Source: Octopus vulgaris
Lineage: Eukaryota
DNA length: 64,000 bases
Assembly: GCA_951406725.2 (NCBI GenBank)
Contig: OX597814.1
Location: 196,292,001 to 196,356,000, forward strand
Reading direction: 5' to 3'
In this document: positions 14,014-27,779 of the stretch, one piece after another
How the letters are laid out: every line of letters begins with the position of its first letter
Numbering within the stretch: the stretch's first letter is position 1
Notes under the pieces: generated by a model
What the model saw: only the letters and a program-made list of their open reading frames with translations
Told to the model about the DNA's origin: nothing
Databases searched by the model: none
Translations under genes and position numbers: made by a program

Positions 14014-14432
14014 TCGGATCTTTCCACTTTGACAGATTTAAAAAAATAATTTCTTTGTAAGTAAACACTTTTAAACTTCGTATACTGGTAGAATGTGTCA
14101 TATAAAACATCTTTTTTCTCTTGGCGTTCTTGAGAAAATTGTGTAGTTTGTAAGCTATTTGTTGTTAAATTTCTTGTATTTCGGCAATTTCAACCAATAA
14201 ATGACGTCTATTGAGGTGTATACAATTACTGCTGTTGTTGGTCAACAAGTTCAACAAGAAGTTCCGGCGGTGTATATTTCGTTAAATAGCTTACAAACTA
14301 CACAATTTTCTCAAGAACGGCAAGAGAAAAAGATGTTTTATGTGATACATTCTACCAGTATACGAAGTTTAAAAGTGTTTAGTTACAAAGAAATTATTTT
14401 TTAAATCTGCCGGTCAAACTGAAAAGATCCAG
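14014..14432. mobile_element. MITE-like element with ~145-bp terminal inverted repeats
   Basis: About 14014-14160 is the near-exact reverse complement of about 14284-14432, with a ~120-bp spacer. Confidence 0.7.
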
Positions 14433-15729
14433 AGTTTCTCTTAAAATCTTCCGAAGTATCCTAGAATTTGCATATTTTGCTTTCAGTCTTTTTAACATGC
14501 ATATGAAGTAAATCTTTTGGTAATCATATATTTCATTTTTTTAGTGGGTCTTGTTATTGTTAAAGTAGCAGGAAGTTATAAATCGTATATATATAGTCAT
14601 ATTGATTAGGTTTTACTTATTTACCTCTGATTTATAGGTTGAATTTTCTTTGTGAGTGCTCTAAGTCTTATATGCTTCATATATGGGCGGTACAAACAAA
14701 AGCCGTCTTTCTAAGCAAAGTTATGAAAAAATCTGTTTTAACTACAATGTATAGAAAATAATATCGCTATCAAGAACCTTAATAAATTCGGTACCATTAA
14801 TTTAATCAATAGACAGAGTCTTCGATACCAAGCAATCACAAATATATTATGGCAAAGCAGTCAACCGATGTGTTTTCTAATTTCTTATTGGTATATTTCG
14901 CCAGTGGGCCTTATATTAATCTTTATCTGGTAATAGTATGGACAAAAGAAATTAAAGAAATATTGTGCTCATAATATGAATGAAAATATTCATAATAATA
15001 TAAAAAAAAACTTGTGTTCAAACGCATCAGTGTTTTTCCATTAGCTGTGCGATATTTTATGAAGACACGGAGAATAATTATAAACAGCCATCGGGATTAC
15101 GTTTCACAAACCATCGCAGTTTTTCTTTATATATTGCGTGATAAAATTGTTTGTCTAATTAAAGCCGAAAGCATACAAATTTCGTGGTTAATACGCTAAA
15201 ACTTTCAAACGAAATCGTCAAAAATGCCGAAAAGTGTTACCTTTCAAGAAATACAATAAAGTTATATAAAAACGCACTACTTGCTTCAATCTATTTTTGT
15301 TTCATTCATTAACATTAATATTAAATTTTAAAATTTCCTTGAAGTAATTTTGTTTTATTTAAGATCGCGAAAGAGATTGCTGTAGCTCAGTCTAGTTAAT
15401 CAATATAGTTAATACAGCATAGTATTCTGTAGTATTGTATAATATAGTTAGTCAATGATAGCTTACTACTTACCGTCTAATACTTCTTCACGGTGGATAA
15501 TTAACTGCAGACACAGTCATATTTTTTACTGATACCTCAGGATAATCGTTGCGAATTTATGAATAACGAGAGTAGTGAACAGTAACATATTAGCTATTCT
15601 AAAACATACATTTATAATTTGATGATAAAATTTCGTGGCAGAACTGCATCATGGTCACATTCCACTACGCCTTGTGTCAATATATCTTGGCTTCAGATTT
15701 TAAATAGGGTTGTGTACTTGTTTATATAT

Positions 15730-15960
15730 ATTTCTTTACTACCCACAAGAGGCTAAATATAGAGGAGACAAACAAGGACAGACAAAGCGATTAGGTCGAT
15801 TACATCGACCCCAGTGCGTAACTGGTACTTAATTTATCGACCAGGAAATGATAAAAGGCAAAGTCAACCTCGGCGGAGTTTAAACTCGGAACGTAACGGC
15901 AGACGAAATACGGCTACGCATCTCGCCCAGCGTGCTAACGTTTCTGCCAGCTCGCCACCT
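15730..15960 (-). mobile_element. SINE family A, full-length monomer
   Basis: Reverse complement of the family A head and tail. Confidence 0.9.
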
Positions 15961-16076
15961 TATTTATATATGTCTTGTTTATATATATCTCGTTTATATA
16001 GGGCAGACATTCTCGTTGCCATCGTCTGGGATTCAGTTGGTGTTTAGTTGTAATTCATATACATTTTTCATCTTAC

Positions 16077-16173
16077 CTTCAGTGGAGGATTGATTTGTTT
16101 GGCATTGCATAAGTGTAGCAAATTAAGGATTGCAAAGAAGAGAATCTGTCAGTCCACGACTACAGAATAGGGA
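16077..16173 (-). other. Candidate 97-nt exon
   Basis: Acceptor tttctcattttag and donor AAG|GTAAGA in non-repeat sequence. All three frames contain a stop, so UTR, terminal or non-coding if real. Confidence 0.3.
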
Positions 16174-16252
16174 CTAAAATGAGAAAGTTTGACGCAGTCT
16201 CTATAGGGGGTGTGCGTAGTAGTTACAATAGCAACAACTGAAGAAAAAGTAG

Positions 16253-16304
<52 letters not shown>

Positions 16305-16335
16305 GTAGTTGTTGTTGTTGTTGTTATTGTTGTTT

Positions 16336-16535
16336 AGGCGGCGAGCAGGCAGAATCGGTAGCACGCCAGGTGAAATGCTGAGCGGTGTTTCGTCTATCAT
16401 TACGTTCTGAGTTCAAATTCCACCCGAGATCGACTTTGCCTCTCATCCTTGCGAGGTCGATAAATTAAGTACCAGTCAAATACTACTGACGGTGAGATCG
16501 ATTGTCTCCCTTCCCACAAAAATCCAAGCCTTGTG
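16336..16535 (+). mobile_element. SINE family A variant with a different 3' tail
   Basis: ggcggcgagcaggcagaatcggtagc head, B box and gcctctcatccttgcgaggtcgataaattaagtacc domain. Confidence 0.75.
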
Positions 16536-16574
16536 ATTATTATTATTAAGGCGGTGAGCTGGCAGAACGGTAAG

Positions 16575-16875
16575 CACAAAGAATCCCTTCCAACACATGG
16601 CTATGACGCTCCCCCTTACTTCTGCTCGTGATCAGAGATGCACACATCGTCAGCCAAGTCTGTCGTATTGAGCAGAATATTTGCTGTAGCCTATCTTTTA
16701 TACCAAGACAAAACAATGTACATGATAACACTTCCAATCAGTTATACACTATCGTCAGCCACTAAGGGACATGCTCAACTGGGTACGGTCAAACAACTGA
16801 CAAGTAAATCTGTGATATTCAGCAGAATATTTGCTGTAGCCCATATTTTATATATTTGCTGTAGCCCATCTTTTA
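16575..16875 (-). mobile_element. Rearranged fragments of the 4929-5472 repeat
   Basis: Reverse-complement matches (cagcaaatattctgctcaatac; cccttagtggctgacgat), partly duplicated. Confidence 0.75.
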
Positions 16876-16884
16876 TATTATTAT

Positions 16885-17118
16885 TATTATTATGTTTTTT
16901 CCTTCTTTCTTCAAATTTTCTTCCGTTTCTCGCCGACGGTTTTCCATACACCTAGGACAGAGAAGGGCATTGCATGCATTCCCAGATTACACGCGCAAAT
17001 TCACAGATAGAATATGTATTTAAAAATTAATAAATAAATAAATTCATGGATGGATGTTATTTTCACAGCGATAGTGCTCTTCTCAGTACATGAGCCGTTC
17101 CAGTTAATACGATTTTTT
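16885..17118 (-). mobile_element. 3' end of a second R4/Dong-like LINE in (TAA)n
   Basis: Minus strand reads KIVLTGTAHVLRRALSL* followed by a UTR; flanked by (TTA)/(TCA) repeats. Confidence 0.75.
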
Positions 17119-17164
17119 ATTATCATCATCATAATCATCATCATCATCATAATCATCATCATCA

Positions 17165-17226
<62 letters not shown>

Positions 17227-17984
17227 TTTATTTTTATTATTATTATTATTATTTCGTTAGTGCATGTTAATTTGGATAATAGATATTACTCCTTAAATCT
17301 CAAGATTCTTTATTTTTAGCATTCGTGCAGAATGTAGAATGTAACTACTCTGCAGGTTGGCAATGCGACTTTCAACTCAAATTCCTTACTGTCTTTTAGG
17401 GAGTATTTTTGGTGATGTGCCACGCGCGCCAATTACTTACAAGACTGTTGTCTTGGTCTTCCATCGTCTCTTCAGCTAGTAATAGTAGTAGTTGTTGTAG
17501 CAGCAACAACAATAGCAGGAGTAGTAATAGTAGTAGTAGCAGTTGTTGTTGTTGTTATTGTTGTGGTAGTAGGAATATAAGTGATAATGTACTGAAGTTT
17601 AGAGTCTGGAAGATAAATGGGTGATTAAACTCATATTAAATTTCGCAATCAGATATCATTGTCTAATTTTTCAGATATATCAATCTCCGGTGCAAAATAT
17701 TTAGTGATTAATGATATTAATATTGATATAAAACTTTCCAGTCTTTTATGATTTAATGTAACTTTGACATTAGCTGATTTTAATAACTTGATAAACCTAT
17801 TGGCAAAGACCAGTTTTAGTTTACAGGGTCGAGAGCCAAATGTCAGAAATATATAATATTTGATCTACACTTCTTTCAGTTATTGGACAAAAAAACAAGT
17901 TGTGGAAACCGCCACGATGCGTTTTAGGGAATGATATCGAAACTGGCGATTATCTTATACCTGGTACTTATATTTATTCCGTTA

Positions 17985-18366
17985 CCAGCAGTATCGCCCG
18001 GCGTTGCTCGGGTTTGTTTCGACCCTTTAAAATTAGAATTTTTGAAAAGTAAAAATTCAGCATTATGTAGCTTGTTAGTCTCTTTAAGTGAACATTTTTC
18101 TCGATGAAATACACCGAAAAATGGCGACACAGCAGTCAAAAAATCGTAAAAATAGAGATTTTCATAGAAAAAAAGCACCTTTTTGATGTAAAAGATTTTG
18201 GTGTTAACATGGTCCGATTTGAATTCTACGGAAGGAAGAGCAAGCTTTTTCTATTATACTCACAATTTTGGTCAACTTGTGCCGCAGGGTCTCGGAGGAG
18301 ATAGTGTTAGTTGAAGGCTACCAAACCTGCCATACACAGACAACTTCAGCTTTATATAGAGACAGA
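17985..18366 (-). mobile_element. Non-autonomous Helitron
   Basis: 5' TC..., 3' hairpin cccgagcaacgccggg followed by CTGG (mutated CTAG); termini shared with 61857-62153. Confidence 0.75.
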
Positions 18367-19858
18367 TTTATCGAATAGCATGTTTAATTACTTTAAGGTC
18401 CCACACAGACACCATTTTTTTTCAAGTGTTTTCCAAATGAAGACACACATGGAGACAGAGTCATAAACACACTTATATACATATACACATACGCATCCAT
18501 ATTCCCAGACATTTTCTGGTTTTCGTTTTCATTCATAAGGTCAGAACGAAGTGAATGTAGAAGGCATTTGTTCAAGATACCACGCAGGTGAACTCGAACA
18601 CGAAACGATGCGATGACAAAATGAATTTGGATATGATATAGCCATGTGTGCGCTTAGAGTTAAAATTCATTGATGAAACAGACGCAAAAATCTTCTACTC
18701 AGTCAAGTTCCTAACACAATGGCGTTTACGACTAAAACATCAAATGTATTATTTTCATGGAAGTTATAAGCAAAATACGACAATGAGGAAAGGTAGGAAA
18801 TTGATATGTTGAAAAGAGAGAAACATAATTATCGCTGACATAGAGAGAATTATAATAATTACAATAGAGTATTGGATGTAACATTATTGAATAGACAAAA
18901 AAGCAAAAGCTTAGTTATATATCGATACGGGCAAAATTTAAATCTTGAAATATGTCAAATCGTCTGCTACTTTTCGGCAATACTTTGAAGAAAGTTTGCA
19001 TCCATTGACAGTTCTTTTGATGACATAAGTTTATATTAGAAATAATGTGATAAGAAAATAATTACAGCCATGATGTATTCACTCAGAGAGCTTTTGGCCT
19101 GATTTTATCTGTTTCAGTTGGTATTATTATTACTATAGATATCATTACTATTGTTGTTATCATTATTATTATTATATGTTCATTTTGACAGTGTGTTTAA
19201 ATTGAATCTCCTATCAAACAAGCTTAGGGAAATTATCTTCATTTATTTATTACTTGTGAGCAATTGTTATATTGTGGAATTCGACAAGTTCTTCCCTAAT
19301 TAAGTTTCCCGATCCTTCTAGTTGTAAAGTATTACCAAAATAAATTACCATTACACAAGCCTTATTTCCATGCAACTTATAATTCTCCAAAATCTGGACT
19401 GTTTTCATATACCATTGATAATATTTTCGTTGGCTTAATTACTTTGACTGAAAATTATCAAATTTAAAAGTGAATAGTCACTATCTATTTCCATCAGTAC
19501 TTGGCATAAATTCAATAATAGAGAGGAAAAAAAGGAGATTTCCATTTTCCTATTAAGCACTAAGCTGGTAAGAGTGAGTTGCAATATTCTTGATTCGTTA
19601 CACAAATCATTAGCACATTAAGTATTCTTCATCGGTTGCTATTTCGTTGTTCACATCGCTAACTCTATTCTCAAAGTCAATTGAATCTCAAGAGCTTAAC
19701 GAACACTTCACTTGCCATATTCTATATAAGCTAATGCAAGCTGATGACTGATCAGTGGACTAATTCTTTGTGAAGCCCGCCCTCTTTGTATCAATCTTAA
19801 TCGTGGGAATAATAGATACATGCTTCTTCCAGTGGTAATGTACTGTTGTATGGCTTAC

Positions 19859-19895
19859 AGAGCAATAAATGCAACCGTGGTAGACACGGTCGTTT
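19859..19895 (-). other. Candidate 37-nt micro-exon
   Basis: tcatttttatttcag|AAACGACC...TTGCTCT|gtaagc in unique sequence; open in all three frames. Confidence 0.3.
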
Positions 19896-20600
19896 CTGAA
19901 ATAAAAATGATACAGCGGGAATTTAAGAAATAACTAATTCCCTAAGATTGAGACTGAGATGATAAACTCTAAACTGAAGCAATAGTAATCAGTAACCGCA
20001 GTTGCAGATTATCGAGATGTTGTCATTTCTTCGATATCTGTCCTAGAGGATAAGAAAACTTTAACCCCACCTCATATATATATTGATCACAATATTCTGC
20101 TTAAAACATATTTTGTCGAAATAAACAGGGTATAAATCTAAAATAATCCATACAAAATAACACTGTTACTTTTGTCCATTAAGTCCAATAGTTAACCAAA
20201 TGGTAGGATGTAGTTAAAAAAACATAAGAGATTAACATCCTAGAAAATTGCTGGAAATAATTGTTTTAATGCTGTTGCAGGTTATGGCTTCAGAGTCGTC
20301 AAAGTTTTCTATTTATAATTTGCTTATAGAATCAATGTTATTCATAACTTGTATTTGACATTGTAAGTGTACTCACCCAAGTCAAGAATAAATTTCTCAG
20401 AAAAGAACTAATAAAAGCATTAGTTTCTTCTGGTATCACCGAAGAACAACTCACATACTTATGAAAATTCAACGGCATAATCCCTTGTGGTAGCTGAGGG
20501 GATAAGGACAGAGGGGAAAAAGAGAACGAAAAAAGAAATGAAAACAAGACAAGATGTCGACTGTTGGAATGGATTTAGTTATCGGATATTTTATTGACAG

Positions 20601-20632
<32 letters not shown>

Positions 20633-20635
<3 letters not shown>

Positions 20636-20830
20636 GTGAGAGGGATAGCCACTATGTGGACAGCCCTTATGCTAGAAGAAGATCCGCTATGGTCTTTCCA
20701 CTAAGAAATATTCTCAAGAAAAATTTAGCGAACAACCAAAACTTAATCGAGCAAGACAGAAGAAAAGCAATAGAAATATGGATTATTCACATGCGTTTCA
20801 CTATTACCATATAACGTAATTTTACTTACG
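20633..20830. mobile_element. Arm fragment of the 30800/38140/40090 hairpin family
   Basis: gagagggatagccactatgtggacagcccttatgctagaag matches 40207-40250 and 41477-41620; starts at (TA)n. Confidence 0.65.
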
Positions 20831-20993
20831 TAAATGTCGTAGATCTTTGGTGTGACCGTCCAAATGAAAATAATATGCAGAACTATATACTAGGACGTCC
20901 GCACAAAGTCAGACCTGTTTATAGTTCTACCCATAACACTCGTAGTTACTATTCAAATGTCTTCGTTATATATATATATACTCACACACATAT

Positions 20994-21046
<53 letters not shown>

Positions 21047-21169
21047 CATATACGTGTGTGTGTGTAAAAATACGACAAAAAGTTGGAATTGCTTCAAAAT
21101 TTTCCTTTATTATAAATAGATATATTTTTGTGTACTGTATCTATCCATCTCTCTATCTCTCTATCTCTC

Positions 21170-21267
<98 letters not shown>

Positions 21268-21268
21268 A

Positions 21269-21301
<33 letters not shown>

Positions 21302-21430
21302 TTATAATTAAGGGCTAAAGAAGGTTATTCTAAAGCCAATACACTGATTTAGCCACTTATAATCCACTTGTTACAGGAAAATTGATCTGAAAGCGGGCAA
21401 CTAACCTTTAGAAAATTTAAATTTCGTTAT

Positions 21431-21490
21431 CTCTATATTAAGTCAATTTCGGAATTAATTCTATAAAGGATACATTCTTCGTCAGTAGAG
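21431..21490 (-). ncRNA. Hammerhead ribozyme-like motif within a (TA)n-flanked element (about 21303-21595)
   Basis: CTCTA-CTGACGA-AGAAT...ATTCC-GAAA-TTGACTTA-ATA-TAGAG; perfect 5-bp stem I. Confidence 0.5.
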
Positions 21491-21590
21491 CTTACGAGGG
21501 AATATAAATAAAATACTCACATGCGATTATGGAAAAAGCAGAAGCTAAAAACATAACTACAATTAAGTACATCATTTATATCTAAAAATA

Positions 21591-21633
<43 letters not shown>

Positions 21634-21679
21634 CTAAAAATAAAAATTCATATATATATATATATATATATAAATATAG

Positions 21680-22245
21680 GATATACTTCGAAACCGAAAT
21701 GCTGTTGTAGACCAAGCAACAACCCATCAGTGGCTGAGAAACTCAGGACAGAAAGCAGACTGAAGGTTTGATATTGGCGGCACACGATCAAAACATGCTT
21801 ACCAAAAACTAACAGGCTAACGTTCTTCAAAATGGATCCGACCCTAAATACAGATTCTGCGATACATTTGATGAAACAATACACCATCCCGTCACGGGTT
21901 GTCCTGTGCTAACACCAAACGATTGCAAAAACCGCCACAATAGGGTCGGACATCGGAAAATATGTAAACACTACAAAACCAACACACCTGCTTACTGGTA
22001 TGAACATCACCCTCAGCCTGTTGTTGAAGGTAAAACTTTTACTATCCTCTGGGATTTTCCATTCAACACTGACAGAACAATCGAGGCTAATCGGCTGGAC
22101 ATAGTCATTAAAAACCGGGAAGGAAATATTTGTAGACGAATAGATGTAAATATTTCCACTGATAAAAATATATCTGTAAAGGAATTTGACGAATTAAGTA
22201 AATATAAGAACCTGGAAATTGAAATACAAAATATGTGGCATCTTA
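21680..22245 (+). pseudogene. R4/Dong-like LINE ORF remnant (zinc knuckle plus restriction-like endonuclease)
   Basis: TEGLILAAHDQ...RFC...ETIHH..TGCP..RHNRV..ILWDF..TDRTIEANRLDIV...ID...KY..LEIEI..MW. Confidence 0.9.
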
Positions 22246-22700
22246 AACTGATTGGAAGTGTTATCAAGTACATTGTTTTGTCTTGATATAAAATACGAGC
22301 TACAGCAAATATTCTGCTCAATACCACAGATTTGCATGTCAGTTGTTTGACCTTAACCAGTTGATCATATCCCTTAGTGGCTGACGATATATGCCTCTCT
22401 GATCATGAGCAGAATTAGTGGAGGAGCATCACTGCTATCTATTGAGAGGAATTGTTTGGGGTTTAAATAATTCACCTCTGGAAACATGGGTGTTTCGTTC
22501 AACATCCTTAGACAACTCTTATTCAGGAACCTTTTGAGCGGCATTTGCTACTTGACCCCATCTAACTGGGCCCCACCTGCAAGGTCATGCGCTGTTACCT
22601 TGATATGAGATCACTATGTCGCACACATATGGTTGTGATGCATGTGCCTGGTGTACCCTTATCAGATGGGTATAATGGGCTTCTTATATTATATCCTGAC
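22245..22700 (+). mobile_element. Copy of the 4929-5472 repeat joined directly to the Dong ORF remnant
   Basis: Colinear match to about 4960-5430. Confidence 0.85.
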
Positions 22701-22880
22701 AGTGAACTCGAAATTTCACAAGTATCAGGCGAGGCGAAACTGGTGAAACTGCTCATAAAATACAGATTCACTGCATTTTATTAGCAGTTATATATGAGTT
22801 ATATATATATGAATTCACTTATATATTGAATGTCCTTTTCCCCCAATGTGAACTCTCTGGATAATTATAAAGGCATTATA

Positions 22881-22958
<78 letters not shown>

Positions 22959-23001
22959 GCTAGCTAGCTAGCTATCAAACATTCAATCATTCAATCAATC
23001 A

Positions 23002-23082
<81 letters not shown>

Positions 23083-23474
23083 AATATTAATGTTTGCTTT
23101 CATTTATAATTACATATGAGAAAACAGTAAAACCATTAATTGGAAGATTGCTAAATAGTTTTCAGTAGAGTATCATATTGATACTTTTTCCCAAGGAAAT
23201 GTCTGACATCTACTTCAAAGTTCTGTCTTGTTCACATGTTATTCATACATACATACATACACACACACACATATATATATATATATAGATACACACACAC
23301 ATGCGCATATAACATATATACACACACACACATATATACATATAGACATATATATGTTTGTGTATGTATGTATATGTATACGTATACATATTTATGAGTA
23401 TATATAATGTATATGTATATATACACACACTCATACAAGCATATGCATATACATACAAATATGCATACATATGT

Positions 23475-23539
<65 letters not shown>

Positions 23540-24079
23540 TGTGTGTATGTATATAAATGTATGTTTATGTATGTATGTATGTATGTATGTATGTATGAAT
23601 AGATGCTGGCATAATAAAATAACAATTATCTCAAGCGCTACGTTTAATGCTTAGCATCAAAAAGTTTATCGATCTCGCAATTACACAAGTATGAAAGTGA
23701 GATGTTTTCCTTCTCCTTTTTGTCCTTATACGAGGTTTGATGATAGAAAAATTGCTCTTTAATGTGATTAAGTTGTGAATAACGTTTAAACATTGGAAAA
23801 TTCTGCCCAAAGTGCATCATGCCAACGCGTGTTTTCAGTGCTTTCTAGCTGTACTTATTGGCCCTGAATTGTGACTAAGTTTATAAACTATGAATATAGT
23901 AGGACATATATTGATACGGATGTAATACTCTCATTACTACGAAGGAAACTGAGGAAGATACGAATGAATTTCTCTGTTTTCCCATCTACACATTACACCT
24001 AAAAGAATTAGTGAAACGTATGATATATTCGTAGAAGCGCTTGGCCTAGTTGTTATACATATATATATATATATATATA

Positions 24080-24416
24080 TTGGTAAAAACGGTAAGATAA
24101 CAAAAGAAAGAAAGAGACCTCAATATTATGTAAATAGAGGAAATTTATCTATAATATATAAAATGTTACAATTACTCAATAGTCAGGATAGAACATGTGA
24201 GCGTATGACTAGCCATGTTTACGTGTTTACTATGAACTTTTAATCATATTTTATATAAGTAGCAGAATTATAACACAGTAATTTCCCTTTATATAACGAT
24301 ATTTTTTCATACCGTTTTTCAGATGGCCAGATAACCGAAGAGACGGTGTTGTGGATTTCCATTTCGGTATCTGAAACTCAGAGTTTTATCTTGACTATTG
24401 AGTAATTGTAACATAT

Positions 24417-24425
<9 letters not shown>
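24080..24425. mobile_element. Leader plus inverted-repeat element in (TA)n
   Basis: Arms about 24150-24195 and 24383-24425; internal degenerate hammerhead-like stem agataaccgaa/ttcggtatct followed by GAAAC. Confidence 0.6.
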
Positions 24426-24479
<54 letters not shown>

Positions 24480-24481
<2 letters not shown>

Positions 24482-24678
24482 ACCTCGTGAGCACCGCCAG
24501 CAATTTTTTTCCTCTGTCTTCCCTTCTCGGGATCTTTCCTTTTCCTTTGTTTCCGACGAAGAGCTCCGCTCGAAACGTTAATCCTTCCTTCTTCCCTTCT
24601 TTCCTGAGCGTCCAATAGTACTTTATTTGTTCCACGTCCTCGCGTTGCTGTGTTTTTTTTGTGTTTTCTTGTTTGAAT

Positions 24679-24683
<5 letters not shown>
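24480..24683 (+). mobile_element. PLE-type terminal repeat with minimal hammerhead-like motif
   Basis: CCGACGA-A-GAGC-tcc-GCTC-GAAAC-GTT; tail similar to 33790-33890 and 37490-37590. Confidence 0.6.
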
Positions 24684-24725
<42 letters not shown>

Positions 24726-25581
24726 TGATCTATATAGATAGAGGTTGAAGATGAATCGAGAACGGGCAATTAGGAGAAAGAGCTACAGTTTTCCGAAGAA
24801 TCTGGTATATAGGGCAATAACAATGCTACCTTTTAACTGTTACTAATTCTCCTTTACTATATTTCACTGAATTGATGATTGTCTGGAAATGGCAGCAAGG
24901 CATGACAAATAAATATAATGTCAAATGTATTGAAGTTCACCATTGATTTTGGGTGTCTTTATGTGTGTGTTGTGTTTCCGCCTGCGTAGTTACATGTGTT
25001 CGTATGGTTTTAAACAATAGAAATATACAGAATACGTGCACTTCCCTGCTCAATTTATACGATACCATCGTCTGTAATAAATGATATGCTGCCAAATTTC
25101 AATACTTCTTAACGATAATAAATGGGAATTAAACTTATACAAATATATATTTCTTTCAAGCCAAGTTTCTGTGTGATTTATCTATAATAGAGTTTTGAGT
25201 CTTAGGTTTAACATCCTAGCCGGTTCGGCAGGATTGGTTGAGCGAGGAACACAATAATTTGTTGTCTTTTGTCTTCTCATTAGTTGCAAGTGGGGACCAT
25301 GCAGAAGGCGTTAATATTTTTGTTTTCTTCTGTACATAACACTCTGGAATAAAAAAGAGATCTACAAAATCCTTCGAGTAAAACGCGTGGAATTGACTGT
25401 ATGGATCTAAACGCTCTACTTGGTCTTTAAAGTAGAGTTTATTTTATTGATATCAATAATGGAGCTGATACTTATTCTATTGACCCCGGATTGATGAAAA
25501 ATAGATTTGACCGCTGCAGCATTTGAACACAGAAATTAAAAACTCACTATTCTCTATTCATACTGCTTCCGTCCCTAATAA

Positions 25582-25770
25582 TTATTTCTTTATTGCCCAC
25601 AATGGGCTAAACACAGAGCGGACAAAAAAGGACAGACAAAGGGATTAAGTAGATTACATCGACCCCAGTGTGTAACTGGTACTAAATTAATCGACCCCGA
25701 AAGGATAAAAGGCAAAGTCGACCTCGGCGGAATTTGAACTCAGAACGTAGCGGCACACGAAATACCGCTA
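25582..25770 (-). mobile_element. SINE family A, 5'-truncated
   Basis: Reverse complement of one ~188-bp unit. Confidence 0.9.
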
Positions 25771-25804
25771 TTCCCAGTCTGCAGTTATTTGCAACGATTT
25801 TTCT

Positions 25805-26190
25805 GTAGCTATGAAAAATAACCCCAATCGAGGACATTAGTATTTTCCAGGACGTTGCGAGATGAAGGAAGTGTCGGAATGAATACTATACATGTCTAAG
25901 AAATAGTAACTAAGCATTAAATAAAGTTATAGGTAAAGTCCAATACTAGTTCCATAAGTGAAGATTCGATGCTAATCCCTGGCCAAAAATAATGTAAATT
26001 TCTAGTTTTACATTTAATGTGGATTATCATCAAATCTTCACTTATGGAACTGTCATTAGACTTTACCTATAACATTATTTACAGTTTATCTACTATTTCT
26101 TAGACGTATCTACTTTTCATTCTGACGCCTTCTTCATTTCTCGACACAGTACTAAGATCCTCGATTCGGGATATTCTTTATATCTATAGC
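25805..26190. repeat. Degenerate long inverted repeat (~190-bp arms)
   Basis: For example agttccataagtgaagatt / aatcttcacttatggaact and gttataggtaaagtc / gactttacctataac, symmetric about 26003. Confidence 0.75.
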
Positions 26191-27148
26191 ACCGGTAGAA
26201 CTGTTAATGGACTTTGTCTATAACTTTATTTACTATATCTTAGATCATAGAACAACCAAACGAATATATTTTTCATACTGATCCTTCCTTCAAAGTAATA
26301 AGATCCTTGATTGAGGATATTCCTTATTTCTTTACTTCCTGACTTCTTTCGCTCTGATGACGAAATAGTTACCTTATGGAATCCTTACTAATTATGACTT
26401 GTAAGGAGATAAAGATCTAGTTTTAGTAATTTCTATGCCGCTGCATGATACTTTTTATCTGCAACTGATACCCATATCTGACTTTTAGCTTCATACGTGT
26501 ATATGGGATGCTTTCTCATGACGAGTACCGCTTTTTGTAGCGGTTTTCTACAGTATATCCAAATGAAGATAAAACAAATTGGTTAATATATATAAATCTC
26601 AGTATATATGCATCAAATGAAATAGAAAACAGAACACAAAGGATGTCGAGGTACACGTGTTTCAAGCTTTATAAAACAACCTATTCTTACATCAATGTAT
26701 AATCGACATAACAGATGGTTTAAAGCCGCATGCAATTTCTATACCAAAGACTTCCATCACATTAGGAAAAATCCGAAAATGTACATTTGGTATTATCTAT
26801 AATGGTGGGTATATTGAGTTTCCCTGAGAAAGTATGTTTGTAAATCTTCATAATCAAATAAGTGTGTAGGGTATCAATGGACTTCAAAAATCCGATGCAT
26901 TTACCTTCTCACTTCTGCTACTAGCTGGCATATACAGGTGCTTACACTTATCAAGTATTCACCCTGAATTTATTGTACCTACCTAAATCTCAGCATATAT
27001 ACGTGTGTGTGTGGGAGTATGAAAAAGATTTAATTAACACCTTCTTGCAAAGTACACAGGCTCCACAAATATGGAGCTTGTTCCAAACCTCACCAAACAC
27101 TTCTCAAGCGGATGTGCCAATCAACAAGTCTATATAATATAACTGTAT

Positions 27149-27323
27149 AGGCGCAGGAGTGGCTGTGTGGTAAGTATCTTGCTTACCAACCACATGGTTC
27201 TGGTTTCAGTCCCACTGCGTGTCACCTTGGCAAGTGTCTTCTACTATAGCCTCGGGCCGAGCAAATCCTTGTAAGTAGATTTGGTAGACGGAAAATGAAA
27301 GAAGCCCGTCGTATATATGTATG

Positions 27324-27372
<49 letters not shown>

Positions 27373-27743
27373 TTGTGTGCCTGTGATTGTCCCCCCAACA
27401 TCGCTTGACAACCGATGCTGGTGTGTTTACGTCCCTTTAACTTAGCGGATCGGCAAACGGGACGGTAGAATGAGTACTAGGCTTACAAAGAATAAGTCCT
27501 GGGGTCGATTTGCTCGACTAAAAGCAGTGCCGAAGCATGTCCGCAGTCAAATGACTGAAACAAGTAAAGGAGTACATATATACGACGGGTTTCTTTCAGT
27601 TTCCGCGTACCAAATGCATTCACAAGGCTTTGGTCGACCTGAGGCTATAGTAGAAGACACTTGCCTAAGGTACCACGCAGTGGGACTGAACCCAGAACAA
27701 CGTGCTTGGTAAGCAAGCTACTAACCACACAGCCACTCATGCG

Positions 27744-27746
<3 letters not shown>
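27149..27746. mobile_element. Two SINE family B copies: full plus copy 27149-27572, minus 5' half 27575-27746
   Basis: Both match 61041-61442 and together form an inverted pair. Confidence 0.9.
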
Positions 27747-27779
<33 letters not shown>

